Part shown: piece after piece, positions 52,595-61,571 of the stretch | Layout: each line of letters begins with the position of its first letter | Numbering within the stretch: position 1 is the stretch's first letter | Source: an uncultured bacterium | GTDB taxonomy: Bacteria > Zhuqueibacterota > QNDG01 > DTFT01 | DNA: 64,000 nucleotides | Assembly (NCBI GenBank): GCA_963736115.1 | Contig: CAVTNR010000014.1 | Span: forward strand, 128,001 to 192,000 | Direction: 5' to 3' | Translations under genes and position numbers: made by a program | Notes under the pieces: model-generated | What the model was told of the DNA's origin: nothing | Database searches by the model: none | What the model saw: only the letters and a program-made list of their open reading frames with translations

Positions 52595-52700
52595 GTTCAT
52601 AGTTGATAGTTCATGGTTCATAGTTCAAAGAAAAAGAGGCAGCTGAGTCGATTACATGTTTTCTTTTTCAACTATGAACTATGAACAATGAACCATGAAC
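52595..52700. repeat. Inverted heptamer-array cassette 3
   Basis: GTTCATA GTTGATA GTTCATG GTTCATA GTTCAAA ... AACTATG AACTATG AACAATG AACCATG AAC. Confidence 0.9.
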
Positions 52701-52706
52701 TGACTT

Positions 52707-54350
52707 TCAGTCTTTGATATACAGAAACCGTTTGACTTTGTTCGTCGGCGTGAGCTCGAACGGCTCGGCCTGGCGGATCATGCGGTGAATCGCCGAGAAA
52801 GAGGGGAGTTCCCGGTTAAGGCTGGTCCGGATCTCCTCCAGCAGGGCCTCGACCGCCGCGTCCGCGGCCGGCTGCGGCTTCTTGGACACCTGGTGCTCCG
52901 CCTCGAGCGTTTCCGGATCGAGGAAGGCCTTGCACAGCAGGCGTCCCTGTTTCTGGTACACGACCGCCTGCTGGACAACCGGGTGTTTCTCCAACAGCCG
53001 GCTTTCGATGATTTCCGGATAGATGTTCTCCCCGTTGGGCCCGATCAGGACGTTCTTCGAGCGTCCCTTGATGAACAGGTACCCGTCCGCGTCAAAGAAT
53101 CCGAGATCCCCGGTCCGCAGCCATCCGTCCGGCAGGAGCACTTCGGCCGTGGCTTTCGGATTGTTGTAGTATCCCTTCATGACGATGGGGCCCCGGACCT
53201 GTATTTCACCGACGCCCGTGGCCGTGTCCGGTTCGTGTATGCGCATTTCGATTCCCGGAATCGGCTGTCCGCACGAGAGGACACGGACCTTTCCGAAGGG
53301 ATTGATGGTCATGATGGGGGAGGTTTCGGTCATGCCGTAACCGGTCGAGTACTCGATTCCCGCGTCGCGCATGAAGATTTCGACGTCCCGGTTCAAGGCC
53401 GCGCCGCCGAACATGAAGAACCGGAGATTGCCACCGAGAGTGCGGATGAGTTTGCGTCCGGCCACCGCGTGCAGGCGGACACGGAAGAACGGGATTTTCA
53501 TCAGACCGCGCGTGACCGCATTGCCGTGGAGTTTCGGCAGGATCCGTTTCCGGTAGATTTTATCCATCACCAGCGGGACGGTCAGGACACCCGTGGGTTT
53601 CGCCGTTTCCATCGACTGCAGCAGCTTCTGCGGCGTGGGCAGACCCTGCATGTACTGGATGAAGACGCCCATGGTCAGGGGACAGAGCATTCCACCGGTG
53701 GCCTCGAATGTGTGCGAGAGCGGGAGTATGGACAGGAACCGGTCTTCCGAGGTCAGCGGAAATTTCTCGAGCGCGTGAATGACATCGTAAACGATGTTCT
53801 CGTGGGTGAGCATCACGCCCTTGGAATGACCCGTGGTGCCGGACGTGTAGATGATGACCGCGAGATCCGAGGGTTCCGGGGATTTGCGGCCGGTTTCGGG
53901 CCGGGCGGCCCGGTCCGCGCCGTCCGCCTTCCAGGCCGGGGCGAAGTCCTCCAGCTCCCAGACGATACGGAGATTTCCCGCGGCCTGCAGCCGGGGCGTG
54001 TATTTCGCGGCGGCGAATGCGGCCACGGCGCCCGAGTCGACGACGATGTGCCGCACGTTCTCCTCCGAGAAACCCGGCAGGACGGGCACGGCCACCGCGC
54101 CTGAAAAAGTCACGGCCAGATAGGCGATCACCCAGTTCGGGCTGTTGTCGCTCAGAATCACGACGCGGTCGCCGGCCGCGATGCCGTTCCGCGCCAGATC
54201 CGCGGCGCGTTCGCCCACCGCCCGCTTCAGACCGGCGTATGTCAGCGGCGTTTCCCCGGCGTAAGCGACCGAGGGAAGGGAAGCGTACTGATCGAATGCC
54301 TGCTCCAGCAGGGCCTCGATGGTGAGTTTTTTAAGCTGAATCATGTCCAC
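52707..54350 (-). CDS. Long-chain fatty acid-CoA ligase (AMP-binding)
   Basis: 'IIYTSGTTGHSKGVMLTH', 'GYGMTE', 'TGDLG', 'GENIYPE'. Confidence 0.92.
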   Translation of the reverse strand: MDMIQLKKLTIEALLEQAFDQYASLPSVAYAGETPLTYAGLKRAVGERAADLARNGIAAGDRVVILSDNSPNWVIAYLAVTFSGAVAVPVLPGFSEENVRHIVVDSGAVAAFAAAKYTPRLQAAGNLRIVWELEDFAPAWKADGADRAARPETGRKSPEPSDLAVIIYTSGTTGHSKGVMLTHENIVYDVIHALEKFPLTSEDRFLSILPLSHTFEATGGMLCPLTMGVFIQYMQGLPTPQKLLQSMETAKPTGVLTVPLVMDKIYRKRILPKLHGNAVTRGLMKIPFFRVRLHAVAGRKLIRTLGGNLRFFMFGGAALNRDVEIFMRDAGIEYSTGYGMTETSPIMTINPFGKVRVLSCGQPIPGIEMRIHEPDTATGVGEIQVRGPIVMKGYYNNPKATAEVLLPDGWLRTGDLGFFDADGYLFIKGRSKNVLIGPNGENIYPEIIESRLLEKHPVVQQAVVYQKQGRLLCKAFLDPETLEAEHQVSKKPQPAADAAVEALLEEIRTSLNRELPSFSAIHRMIRQAEPFELTPTNKVKRFLYIKD

Positions 54351-54427
54351 TCCGCGGTTGGAATGATCGGTGACTCCCGGCGCGCCGGGATGGAAACGCA
54401 GGACCGCTTCTCAGGCCGACGGCCGGC

Positions 54428-55819
54428 TCAGTTCAGCAGGGAATTGTAAGTCGTGTCGTGGATTTCGTTCAGAACCGTCGAGTGAACCAGGCGGTAATCG
54501 CCGTATCCAGATTCATCCACGAAAATGAATTCGGATCCGCCTTCGACCCGGTCAAACCGCCAGATCTCGTAATTGCGTCCGGTATCGTTCATGGTACTCC
54601 GCCGGACGTCATCCGGTTCGCCGTACACCATGAGAACCCGTCCGCGGTCGGTTTTCCATCCCTCTTTCATGGCGCCGGAGAACCGCGCATCCGCCTGCCG
54701 GACCCTTTCGTAGAAGACATCCTTGTAGGAGGCGCCGCCGCCGGTCCATCCTGCGTTTCTTGCGATCCAGAAATCCCGCAGGAAACGGCGTTTGCCCTCC
54801 AGATTCAGCTTTTTGTAGATTTTCGATTCGTTGCGGCCGATCATGTACTTGAGGTATGCGAAATGGACGTCCGCGGTTGCTTCGTCCATGACGAGGAACT
54901 CGGATCCCGTGGGATCGGCCCCTCCGCGTCCTTCATCCGGCCGGGCCGCCATGTCCTGGGCGCGGTAGACGAAGAAAGTTTTCTCCTGGGATACCGTATC
55001 CAGCCTCGCGTTGTCCGAAACTTCTACACGCAGGCGGTACGAACCTGTGAGAAGGGATCCCGCCTGCAGGCCGCCGACGTCCACCAGTGAGGCGCCGGCC
55101 CGGATCATCCGGCGCGGAGAAGCCGGAACGGCCGTGCGGCCCTGTGAATCAATGACTGAAACGTTCACCGAGACGGTGGAATCCGTTCCGGCCGAGAGCG
55201 GGGAGAGTCCGTACATTTCGAAATAGTGGTAGCACACCGGCATCGAGACGCCGTAAACGCCGCTCGGATTGGGCAGGACCCGGTAGCCGTTTTTGGTGAA
55301 TCGGCTCTCCGTGGTGTCCCGCGCGATGAGAGTGGCCAATTGAATGTCGCTCAGGGACAGCCGTTCTTCCGGCCGGGCGCCGCAGGTCAGATTGAATTCC
55401 CGCGTTTTGGCTTTCAAACCCGCCGGATCCGAAACCGATGCGCGGATCCGGTAGACTCCCGGCTTCAGATAGATTTCGTGGACATCCTGGAGCATCTGGC
55501 CCTGCTGGATCGAAGCCGTTGATTCCGCCTGGTCCTGCCGTTCCCAAGTGCGTGAGAGGATCACGGAATCCGAAGACAGCACTTTCAGATCGAAACGGAT
55601 GACCGCCCGGACTTTTCCGTCCGACGATTCATAGCGGAGGGCGTCGCGCGGCACGCCGAAATAGAGCTCCACGCACTCGAAATCCCCTTCCGCGTCGAAG
55701 CGGGCGTAATCCATGTAGCAGTCCATGGTCCCGGCGCCGGGGGCCTGGCCGAAGGCCGGCGGCCGGGCCGCGGCGGCCATCAGGAAGGCCGTGAAGAGAC
55801 TTTTTCCGAAAAAAGACAT
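54428..55819 (-). CDS. Exported GWxTD-domain protein
   Basis: 'EGWKTDRGRVLMVYGEPD'; signal peptide. Confidence 0.9.
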   Translation of the reverse strand: MSFFGKSLFTAFLMAAAARPPAFGQAPGAGTMDCYMDYARFDAEGDFECVELYFGVPRDALRYESSDGKVRAVIRFDLKVLSSDSVILSRTWERQDQAESTASIQQGQMLQDVHEIYLKPGVYRIRASVSDPAGLKAKTREFNLTCGARPEERLSLSDIQLATLIARDTTESRFTKNGYRVLPNPSGVYGVSMPVCYHYFEMYGLSPLSAGTDSTVSVNVSVIDSQGRTAVPASPRRMIRAGASLVDVGGLQAGSLLTGSYRLRVEVSDNARLDTVSQEKTFFVYRAQDMAARPDEGRGGADPTGSEFLVMDEATADVHFAYLKYMIGRNESKIYKKLNLEGKRRFLRDFWIARNAGWTGGGASYKDVFYERVRQADARFSGAMKEGWKTDRGRVLMVYGEPDDVRRSTMNDTGRNYEIWRFDRVEGGSEFIFVDESGYGDYRLVHSTVLNEIHDTTYNSLLN

Positions 55820-55898
55820 GCATCCTCCTCAGTTCATTTTTACCGGTCCGCGCCGCGGGAACGGACTCCGAAAACGGAGCCGTCCGTAAGGAACCGGA

Positions 55899-56184
55899 TT
55901 GAAGCTCCCCGCGTCGCGGGAAATGCACTCGCTGTCAGATTGAAGCTCCCCGCCGCCCGCTGCGCGGGATCAAGCCATTATATGCCTTCTTGTTGAAGAC
56001 AAGCGGCGGGGAATCTTCTATCTGTAGAGAAGAGACATCTGATATTCGCTCGCTTACCCCGCGGCCCGCTGCGCGGGATCAAGTTATTGTATTTGTGAAT
56101 TATTGAAGACAAGCCGCGGGCCTTCAATGAGAAAGAATCCGGTTGCTTGGTCCGGCGAAGCCGGGAAATGCGCTCGCTGTCAGA
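55899..56184 (-). mobile_element. Head-to-tail pair of non-autonomous IS200/IS605-like (PATE-type) elements with three short inserts
   Basis: Minus strand TGAA|TCTGACAGCGAGCG-hairpin...GATTCCCCGCCGC/GCGGCGGGGAGCTTCAA, then a 41-nt mini copy also ending GAGCTTCAA. Confidence 0.7.
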
Positions 56185-56185
56185 T

Positions 56186-57274
56186 TCATTTTCGTATCCG
56201 GAACGTCACCCAGTCCCCGTCCCGGACGGTGTAATCCCGGCCGTGGATCTGCGCGAGTCCCAGGTCATGTAGCTCCTTCAGTGTCCGGTGCGCCTCAAGG
56301 GCGGAGAAGGGGATCACCTCCGCCTTGATGAATGCCCGCTCGAAATCCGTGTGAACCCGTCCCGCGGCCTCTACGACCGGCGTGCCCGCAGGCACGGTCC
56401 AGGCACGCGCTTCGTTCTCATTGGCCGTGAAGAAAGTGATCAGCCGGAGCACGGCGGTTCCGGCCTGGATCAGCATCTGCACGCCATTCTCCCGGATGCC
56501 CATGGTCTTCAGAAATACAGCCTGCTCCCCGTCCGGCAATTCGGCGATTTCGGACTGTATCTTCGCGGAAAAGGGGAGACAGAGGCTGTTCCGCGAGGCC
56601 GCGAATGCGGCCAATCGTTCCTGCCAGGCCGATCCGGCCGACCCGGTTTCCCCGATGTTGGCCAGGTAGATGACGGGCTTGAAGGACAGGAGGTTCAACT
56701 CGCGGATCGCTTCCTGTTCCGCGTCTCCCAGACCGTCGCGGCCCGGAGGACGACGGCTGATCCGGGTCGTCAGGGATTCATAGGACGCGAGCCTGCGCGC
56801 CAGTTCCGCGTTTCCGCTTCTCGCCGCGGCTCGCACCTTGGCCGCGTTGCGTTCCAGCACGTCCATGTCCTTGAGCGCCAGTTCGGTTTCGACGATTTCC
56901 GCGTCCCGCTCCGGGTCCGGCGAGCCGTACGGGTGGGAAACGTTGGCGTCCTCGAAGCACCGCACCACGTGCGCGATGGCATCCACGGCCTGGATATGGG
57001 AGAGAAACTGGTTGCCCAGGCCTTCGCCCTTGCTGGCCCCTTCGACCAGACCCGCGATATCGACGAATTCCAGAATCGTCGGAGTTTTCTTCAAGGATCC
57101 GGCCACTTCCCGGATGCGGTCCAGGCGGCCGTCCTCCAGCGGTACGATTCCGAAATGAGGGTCTATGGTGCAGAACGGATAGGCGGAGGCTTCGACGCCG
57201 AGGCGTGTCAGGGCGTTGAAAACGGTCGATTTACCGGCATTCGGAAGCCCGACCAGGCCGCATTTAAAGCCCAT
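56186..57274 (-). CDS. ychF: Redox-regulated ATPase YchF
   Basis: 'GLVGLPNAGKST', 'YPFCTIDP', 'DIAGLVEGASKGEGLGNQFL', TGS domain. Confidence 0.96.
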   Translation of the reverse strand: MGFKCGLVGLPNAGKSTVFNALTRLGVEASAYPFCTIDPHFGIVPLEDGRLDRIREVAGSLKKTPTILEFVDIAGLVEGASKGEGLGNQFLSHIQAVDAIAHVVRCFEDANVSHPYGSPDPERDAEIVETELALKDMDVLERNAAKVRAAARSGNAELARRLASYESLTTRISRRPPGRDGLGDAEQEAIRELNLLSFKPVIYLANIGETGSAGSAWQERLAAFAASRNSLCLPFSAKIQSEIAELPDGEQAVFLKTMGIRENGVQMLIQAGTAVLRLITFFTANENEARAWTVPAGTPVVEAAGRVHTDFERAFIKAEVIPFSALEAHRTLKELHDLGLAQIHGRDYTVRDGDWVTFRIRK

Positions 57275-57309
57275 GCAATGACCCTTCGGGTGACTGTTTT
57301 ATATTCTTG

Positions 57310-57338
57310 AATTTAGGGCGTTTGGCTTTGAATGTCAA
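57310..57338 (-). promoter_or_regulatory. sigma70 promoter of ychF
   Basis: Minus strand TTGACA-N17-TAAATT. Confidence 0.6.
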
Positions 57339-57518
57339 GTATTATCGGGACGGTACGCCGGTGTTTTTCTCATATTCCTCATTGAAATGGTGTAGAATCT
57401 TTTTATATTTACCGGACGCTGAAACCGATGCAAACCGTTCTCTATATATAGCAACCTTTCAAGTCTTCATAACGGGAGACACATCCTGATAAACCCTCCA
57501 CGTTCCGGCGGAAAACGG

Positions 57519-58589
57519 ATTAAAATCACGTCCATCGTCGGCGCGCGGCCGCAGTTCATCAAGGCGGCCCCGCTCAGCCGCGCCCTGCGCGCCGAGGCGG
57601 ACGAAATCCTGATTCATACGGGACAGCATTATGACGACAATATGTCCCGGACTTTTTTTGACGAGCTGGACATCCCCCGGCCGGACCATCATCTCGGCGT
57701 GGGCTCCGGTTCCCACGGTCTTCAGACCGGGCTGATGCTGGAACGCATTGAGACGATTTTGCTGAACGAAAAGCCCGATGCGGTGCTGGTGTACGGGGAT
57801 ACCAATTCCACTCTGGCCGGAGCCATGGTCGCAGCCAAGCTCCTCATCCCGCTCGCGCATGTGGAGGCCGGCCTCCGGAGCTTCAACCGCGCCATGCCCG
57901 AGGAAATCAACCGGATCGTGGCGGATCACTGCGCCGATCTGCTTTTCTGCCCCACGCAGACCGCCGTGGAGAATCTGAAACGCGAGGGCGTGCACCGGGG
58001 CGTCCACCTGACCGGAGATGTCATGTTCGACGCCGCCCTGCGATTCGCCGGTCTCGCCGAAACGCGATCCCGCGTGCTGGAAACGCTTTCGCTCCGGAAG
58101 GGCGGATATGTGCTGTGCACCGTTCACCGGGCGGAGAATACGGACGACCGGTCCCGTCTCGGCGGCATCGTGCAGGCCCTCCGGCGCTGCGGCCGGACCG
58201 TGGTTTTTCCCCTGCATCCCAGAACCCGTAAAATGCTCGAGGCCTGGGGACTGGACGCGGATCTGTCCGCGTCTTCCTCCGTCCGGCTGATCGAGCCCGT
58301 CGGGTATCTCGACATGATCCGGCTGGAGCGGAATGCTTCGGCGATTCTGACGGATTCCGGAGGCGTCCAGAAGGAGGCCTATTTTTACCGGGTTCCGTGC
58401 GTCACCCTGCGGAACGAAACGGAATGGGTGGAGACGGTGCAGGACGGGTGGAACCGCCTCGCGGGTTCGGATCCGGAAGCGATTCTGCAGGCTCTCGAAA
58501 ATCGCGATGTGCCGGCGGGAGCGGCCGTGTCTTTCGGAGACGGACGGGCGGCGGAAGTCATCGTCCGGCTAATCCATGAAAATTTTTAA
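57519..58589 (+). CDS. wecB: Non-hydrolysing UDP-GlcNAc 2-epimerase; non-canonical start
   Basis: In-frame '(I)KITSIVGARPQFIK', 'HTGQHYD', 'HVEAGLRS', 'DSGGVQKEA'; no in-frame ATG/GTG/TTG upstream of the conserved N-terminus. Confidence 0.92.
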   Translation: MKITSIVGARPQFIKAAPLSRALRAEADEILIHTGQHYDDNMSRTFFDELDIPRPDHHLGVGSGSHGLQTGLMLERIETILLNEKPDAVLVYGDTNSTLAGAMVAAKLLIPLAHVEAGLRSFNRAMPEEINRIVADHCADLLFCPTQTAVENLKREGVHRGVHLTGDVMFDAALRFAGLAETRSRVLETLSLRKGGYVLCTVHRAENTDDRSRLGGIVQALRRCGRTVVFPLHPRTRKMLEAWGLDADLSASSSVRLIEPVGYLDMIRLERNASAILTDSGGVQKEAYFYRVPCVTLRNETEWVETVQDGWNRLAGSDPEAILQALENRDVPAGAAVSFGDGRAAEVIVRLIHENF

Positions 58590-58605
58590 ATACTAATTTT
58601 TTCGC

Positions 58606-58634
58606 TTGACTAAACAATCGGGAACCCTTATATT
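58606..58634 (+). promoter_or_regulatory. sigma70 promoter of the ArsR-family gene
   Basis: TTGACT-N17-TATATT. Confidence 0.65.
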
Positions 58635-58687
58635 GTCCACGGCTAAAAAATGAATTGGGCGATGCCTGAAACAACTAAGGAGGAAAC

Positions 58688-58984
58688 ATGGTCGACCCTC
58701 AGGTTAAAAATAAGATAAAGGAATGCGAAAAGGTCATTCCTTTCCTGCGGATGGTCTCCAACACAACCCGTCTGAAGATTCTGTGCATTTTGACGGAAGG
58801 GGAACGCAGAGTGGGTGAAATCCAGGAAATGCTCGGCGCCAAGCAGTCCTACATCTCCCAGCAGCTGAAATTCCTCAAATCCAACGGTTATCTGACGAAC
58901 CGTCGTGAAGGAACCCAGATTTATTACAAGCTGGTGGATCCTAAATTCATCCGTATCATGAAATCGTTCAGGGAAATCCTGTAA
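58688..58984 (+). CDS. ArsR/SmtB family transcriptional regulator
   Basis: 'SNTTRLKILCIL.EGE..VGEI......QSYISQQL..L......RREG.QIYY'; RBS AAGGAGG. Confidence 0.9.
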   Translation: MVDPQVKNKIKECEKVIPFLRMVSNTTRLKILCILTEGERRVGEIQEMLGAKQSYISQQLKFLKSNGYLTNRREGTQIYYKLVDPKFIRIMKSFREIL

Positions 58985-59007
58985 ACCGGTATTTCGTGAA
59001 TCTGCCC

Positions 59008-59043
59008 GCCCGTCCCCCCATCAACGAGGGACGGGCTTTTTTT
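59008..59043 (+). terminator. Rho-independent terminator
   Basis: GCCCGTCCC...GGGACGGGC-TTTTTTT. Confidence 0.85.
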
Positions 59044-59194
59044 ATGCGGTTGCACGTTCCGAGAATTCGTTTGCTGTGCAATCATTTGATGTGGTTCAGA
59101 ATCAGCCAGTCGAGAGACAGCCGGCCGGTTCAGCTGTCCGATGAATCGGTATAATCGTTTGAAATTAAGATGATTATATGACTGGACGGCTCAG

Positions 59195-59210
59195 AGGCAC
59201 GACAATTGCA
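59195..59210 (+). promoter_or_regulatory. Candidate sigma54 promoter of the CsgG/TPR/LVIVD operon
   Basis: AGGCACGACAATTGCA, near consensus TGGCAC-N5-TTGCA. Confidence 0.65.
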
Positions 59211-59337
59211 GAAAACGAATCGAATCATTCGGATTTGATAAGATTAAAATATTTCTTGACAAAGATGTAAATTTTTATTAAAGTATAGCTAACTCAATTG
59301 GTTTCAGATGGTTGACTATTTTTGGAGCCGGAATCCA

Positions 59338-60015
59338 ATGCGAGTTGTCCGTTTTTTCCTTCTTCTTGCGCCTTTTATCACGTTCCACGCCCAGGCTTCG
59401 GAACCCATCCGAACGCTTGCCGTACTGGATTTTGAAAACAACAGCTTTTTCAATGCGGATGAGGTTCAGCCCCTGTCCAAAGGGCTCGGCCAGATGATGG
59501 CCACTGAGCTCAGCCGCTGTCCTTCGGTCCGGATTGTGGAGCGGCGAAAACTCCAGCGCCTGGTGGACGAGTTGAAACTGGCCCAGGCGGGCGTCACGGA
59601 CGAGGAAAACGCCGTCCAGGTCGGCCGGATGGCCGGCGCACAGAACCTGGTATTCGGCGGTTATCTGGTCATGCCGGACGGCAAGATGCGGATGGATATG
59701 CGCATCGTTGAAGTGGAGACCGGGCTCACCCTGCAGGCAGGGGAGGTGACCGGCCGGACCCGGGACGCACTTTCCCTCGTGCGCAAGCTGAGCCGCAAGG
59801 TGCTCAAGGATCTCGAACTCCGGCTGACGGCGCCGGATGACCGGCCGCCCGGAAACGTCAGTCTCGAAGCGCTCACCCAGTTTTCCAAGGGGGTCGAATT
59901 TGAAGATCAGGGCGATGCGGACCGCGCCGCGGAATGCTTTCGGAAAGCCCTGGTCCTGGAGCCCGATTTCGGGCCTGCGAAGGACCGGCTCAGCCGTCTT
60001 TCGAAAAAAAGATAA
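59338..60015 (+). CDS. Exported CsgG/HfaB-like domain protein with C-terminal TPR
   Basis: 'LAVLDFEN', 'IVERRKL...DELKL', 'GRMAGA', 'RIVEVETG'; alternative start 59308. Confidence 0.75.
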   Translation: MRVVRFFLLLAPFITFHAQASEPIRTLAVLDFENNSFFNADEVQPLSKGLGQMMATELSRCPSVRIVERRKLQRLVDELKLAQAGVTDEENAVQVGRMAGAQNLVFGGYLVMPDGKMRMDMRIVEVETGLTLQAGEVTGRTRDALSLVRKLSRKVLKDLELRLTAPDDRPPGNVSLEALTQFSKGVEFEDQGDADRAAECFRKALVLEPDFGPAKDRLSRLSKKR

Positions 60016-60102
60016 GGCATTCGTTTAAGACAAACCTCACTTTTCTCCCTCTCGGGTTTCGCCGCGTGCCTCAGGGGGAATCACAGGAGCTTAGGAGGCC
60101 CT

Positions 60103-61524
60103 ATGAAATGCTGGAGAGTGGTGGGAGTGGTCGTCGCGTCCGTGTTTCTGGGATGCGCGGTTGCTCCTTACCGGCAGGCCGAGACTTATATTTCTCAAAA
60201 AGAATATAGGCAGGCGCTGCAGATTTACCTCAAAGCTCTCAACCCCCGGATGCAGAACGGCAAACGGGTGATCGCTTATGAGCCCGAGGCCATGACCGGG
60301 GTCGGCGTGGTGCTCTGGCATATGAAGCGCTACAACACGTCGGTGCGTGTCCTCGGGCAGGTGGTCCGCAGGACGCCCCAGTACGGCAAGGCGCTGTACT
60401 ATCTCGGCGGCAGTTACGAATCGCTGAACAAGCTCGACAAGGCCGGCGAAATCTACCGCCGATACGCCCTGCTCGACCAGTCCGATCCGTACCGGGAATT
60501 TCTCCGCTGGCGTTCGGACTGGTGCGACCGGCGCCTGGCCGGCCAGAACGCGCGGAAAGCCGTGGCCGATGAGGCGTCCGTCAATCTCGCCTCGCTTCCG
60601 AAGGAATCCGTGGCCGTCCTCTACTTCCAGAATCTCTCGAGAAGCGCCTGGTCGCCCCTTCAGAAGGGACTGGCCCAGCTGATCATCAACGATCTGTCCA
60701 GCGTGGAGCCGCTTGTGGTCGCGGACCGGGAGAAGGTGCAGCGGTCCATGGAAGCCATGGGCTGGACGGTTCAGGCCATGGCCCAGGACAATCGGTCGGT
60801 CCAGGTCGCCAGACTGCTCGGATCCAGGACGCTGGTGAAAGGTTCATTCAAAATCCTCCCGAATCAGCGCATCGAGTTGAGTTACGGTTCGGTGTATGTC
60901 TCCGAATCCAGAACCCCGGAATATGTCAAGCTGACGGGCGCGCTTCAGGATCTGATCCCTTTGGAAAAGCGGATGGTCCGGCGCCTGATTGCGGACATGG
61001 GCATCCGGCTGAATGCGGAGCAGGATCGGCTGATTTCAGCTTCCGGCACCCGTGAACTCAAGGCCTTTCTCCATTACTGCAACGGATTGAACGACATGGA
61101 CGCCGGAAAATTCGAATCGGCGCAGGGCAATTTCAAGAAAGCGCTGGCCCTGGATCCTGATTTCTTTCTGGCCCAGGACTGGGTGGCGGATCCGGCCGTG
61201 TACCGGGCCGCGCACGCTTCGCAGTTCGCCGCGATGAACGCGGTGGTCGAACGCATGATGTCCGGAACCGGCCATGGTCCGGGACCCGGCGCGGCCGCCG
61301 GACTCTACACCGTATCGACCGCCGGAAGGCTTGAGGAACTCGGCGTTCTGATGGACGCGGGTTTCCTTCCCGGCAATGATTCACGCGACATGGCAGACAC
61401 GGATTTCGCAGCGACGGGCGGACCGGACATCCTTCCGGGCGCCCTGCCCGCGGCGCCGGCGCCTCCGTACACGCCGGCCCGCTGGGTTTTGCCCGGGCCC
61501 CCGAGCCCGCCGAGCCGGCGCTAG
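60103..61524 (+). CDS. TPR plus CsgG-like lipoprotein with Pro-rich tail
   Basis: Lipobox 'FLGC'; TPR helices; 'VAVLYFQN...LQKGLAQL...DL'. Confidence 0.75.
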   Translation: MKCWRVVGVVVASVFLGCAVAPYRQAETYISQKEYRQALQIYLKALNPRMQNGKRVIAYEPEAMTGVGVVLWHMKRYNTSVRVLGQVVRRTPQYGKALYYLGGSYESLNKLDKAGEIYRRYALLDQSDPYREFLRWRSDWCDRRLAGQNARKAVADEASVNLASLPKESVAVLYFQNLSRSAWSPLQKGLAQLIINDLSSVEPLVVADREKVQRSMEAMGWTVQAMAQDNRSVQVARLLGSRTLVKGSFKILPNQRIELSYGSVYVSESRTPEYVKLTGALQDLIPLEKRMVRRLIADMGIRLNAEQDRLISASGTRELKAFLHYCNGLNDMDAGKFESAQGNFKKALALDPDFFLAQDWVADPAVYRAAHASQFAAMNAVVERMMSGTGHGPGPGAAAGLYTVSTAGRLEELGVLMDAGFLPGNDSRDMADTDFAATGGPDILPGALPAAPAPPYTPARWVLPGPPSPPSRR

Positions 61525-61571
61525 GCATTTTTCATGCGGATTTCAAACACCGAACGCAAAAGGAGACAAAG

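Noticed and set aside
52583-52621. N-terminal extension MNHELSTMNS of the M24 peptidase, and small ORFs at 40022, 51375 and 51391
   Set aside because: These are translation by-products of the heptamer arrays.
55899-56130. Canonical CRISPR array (recurrent ATTGAAG resembles CRISPR repeat 3' ends)
   Set aside because: Units are not regularly tandem, occur in both orientations, have cores of only 17-20 nt, and there are no cas genes. Reported as an insert family instead.
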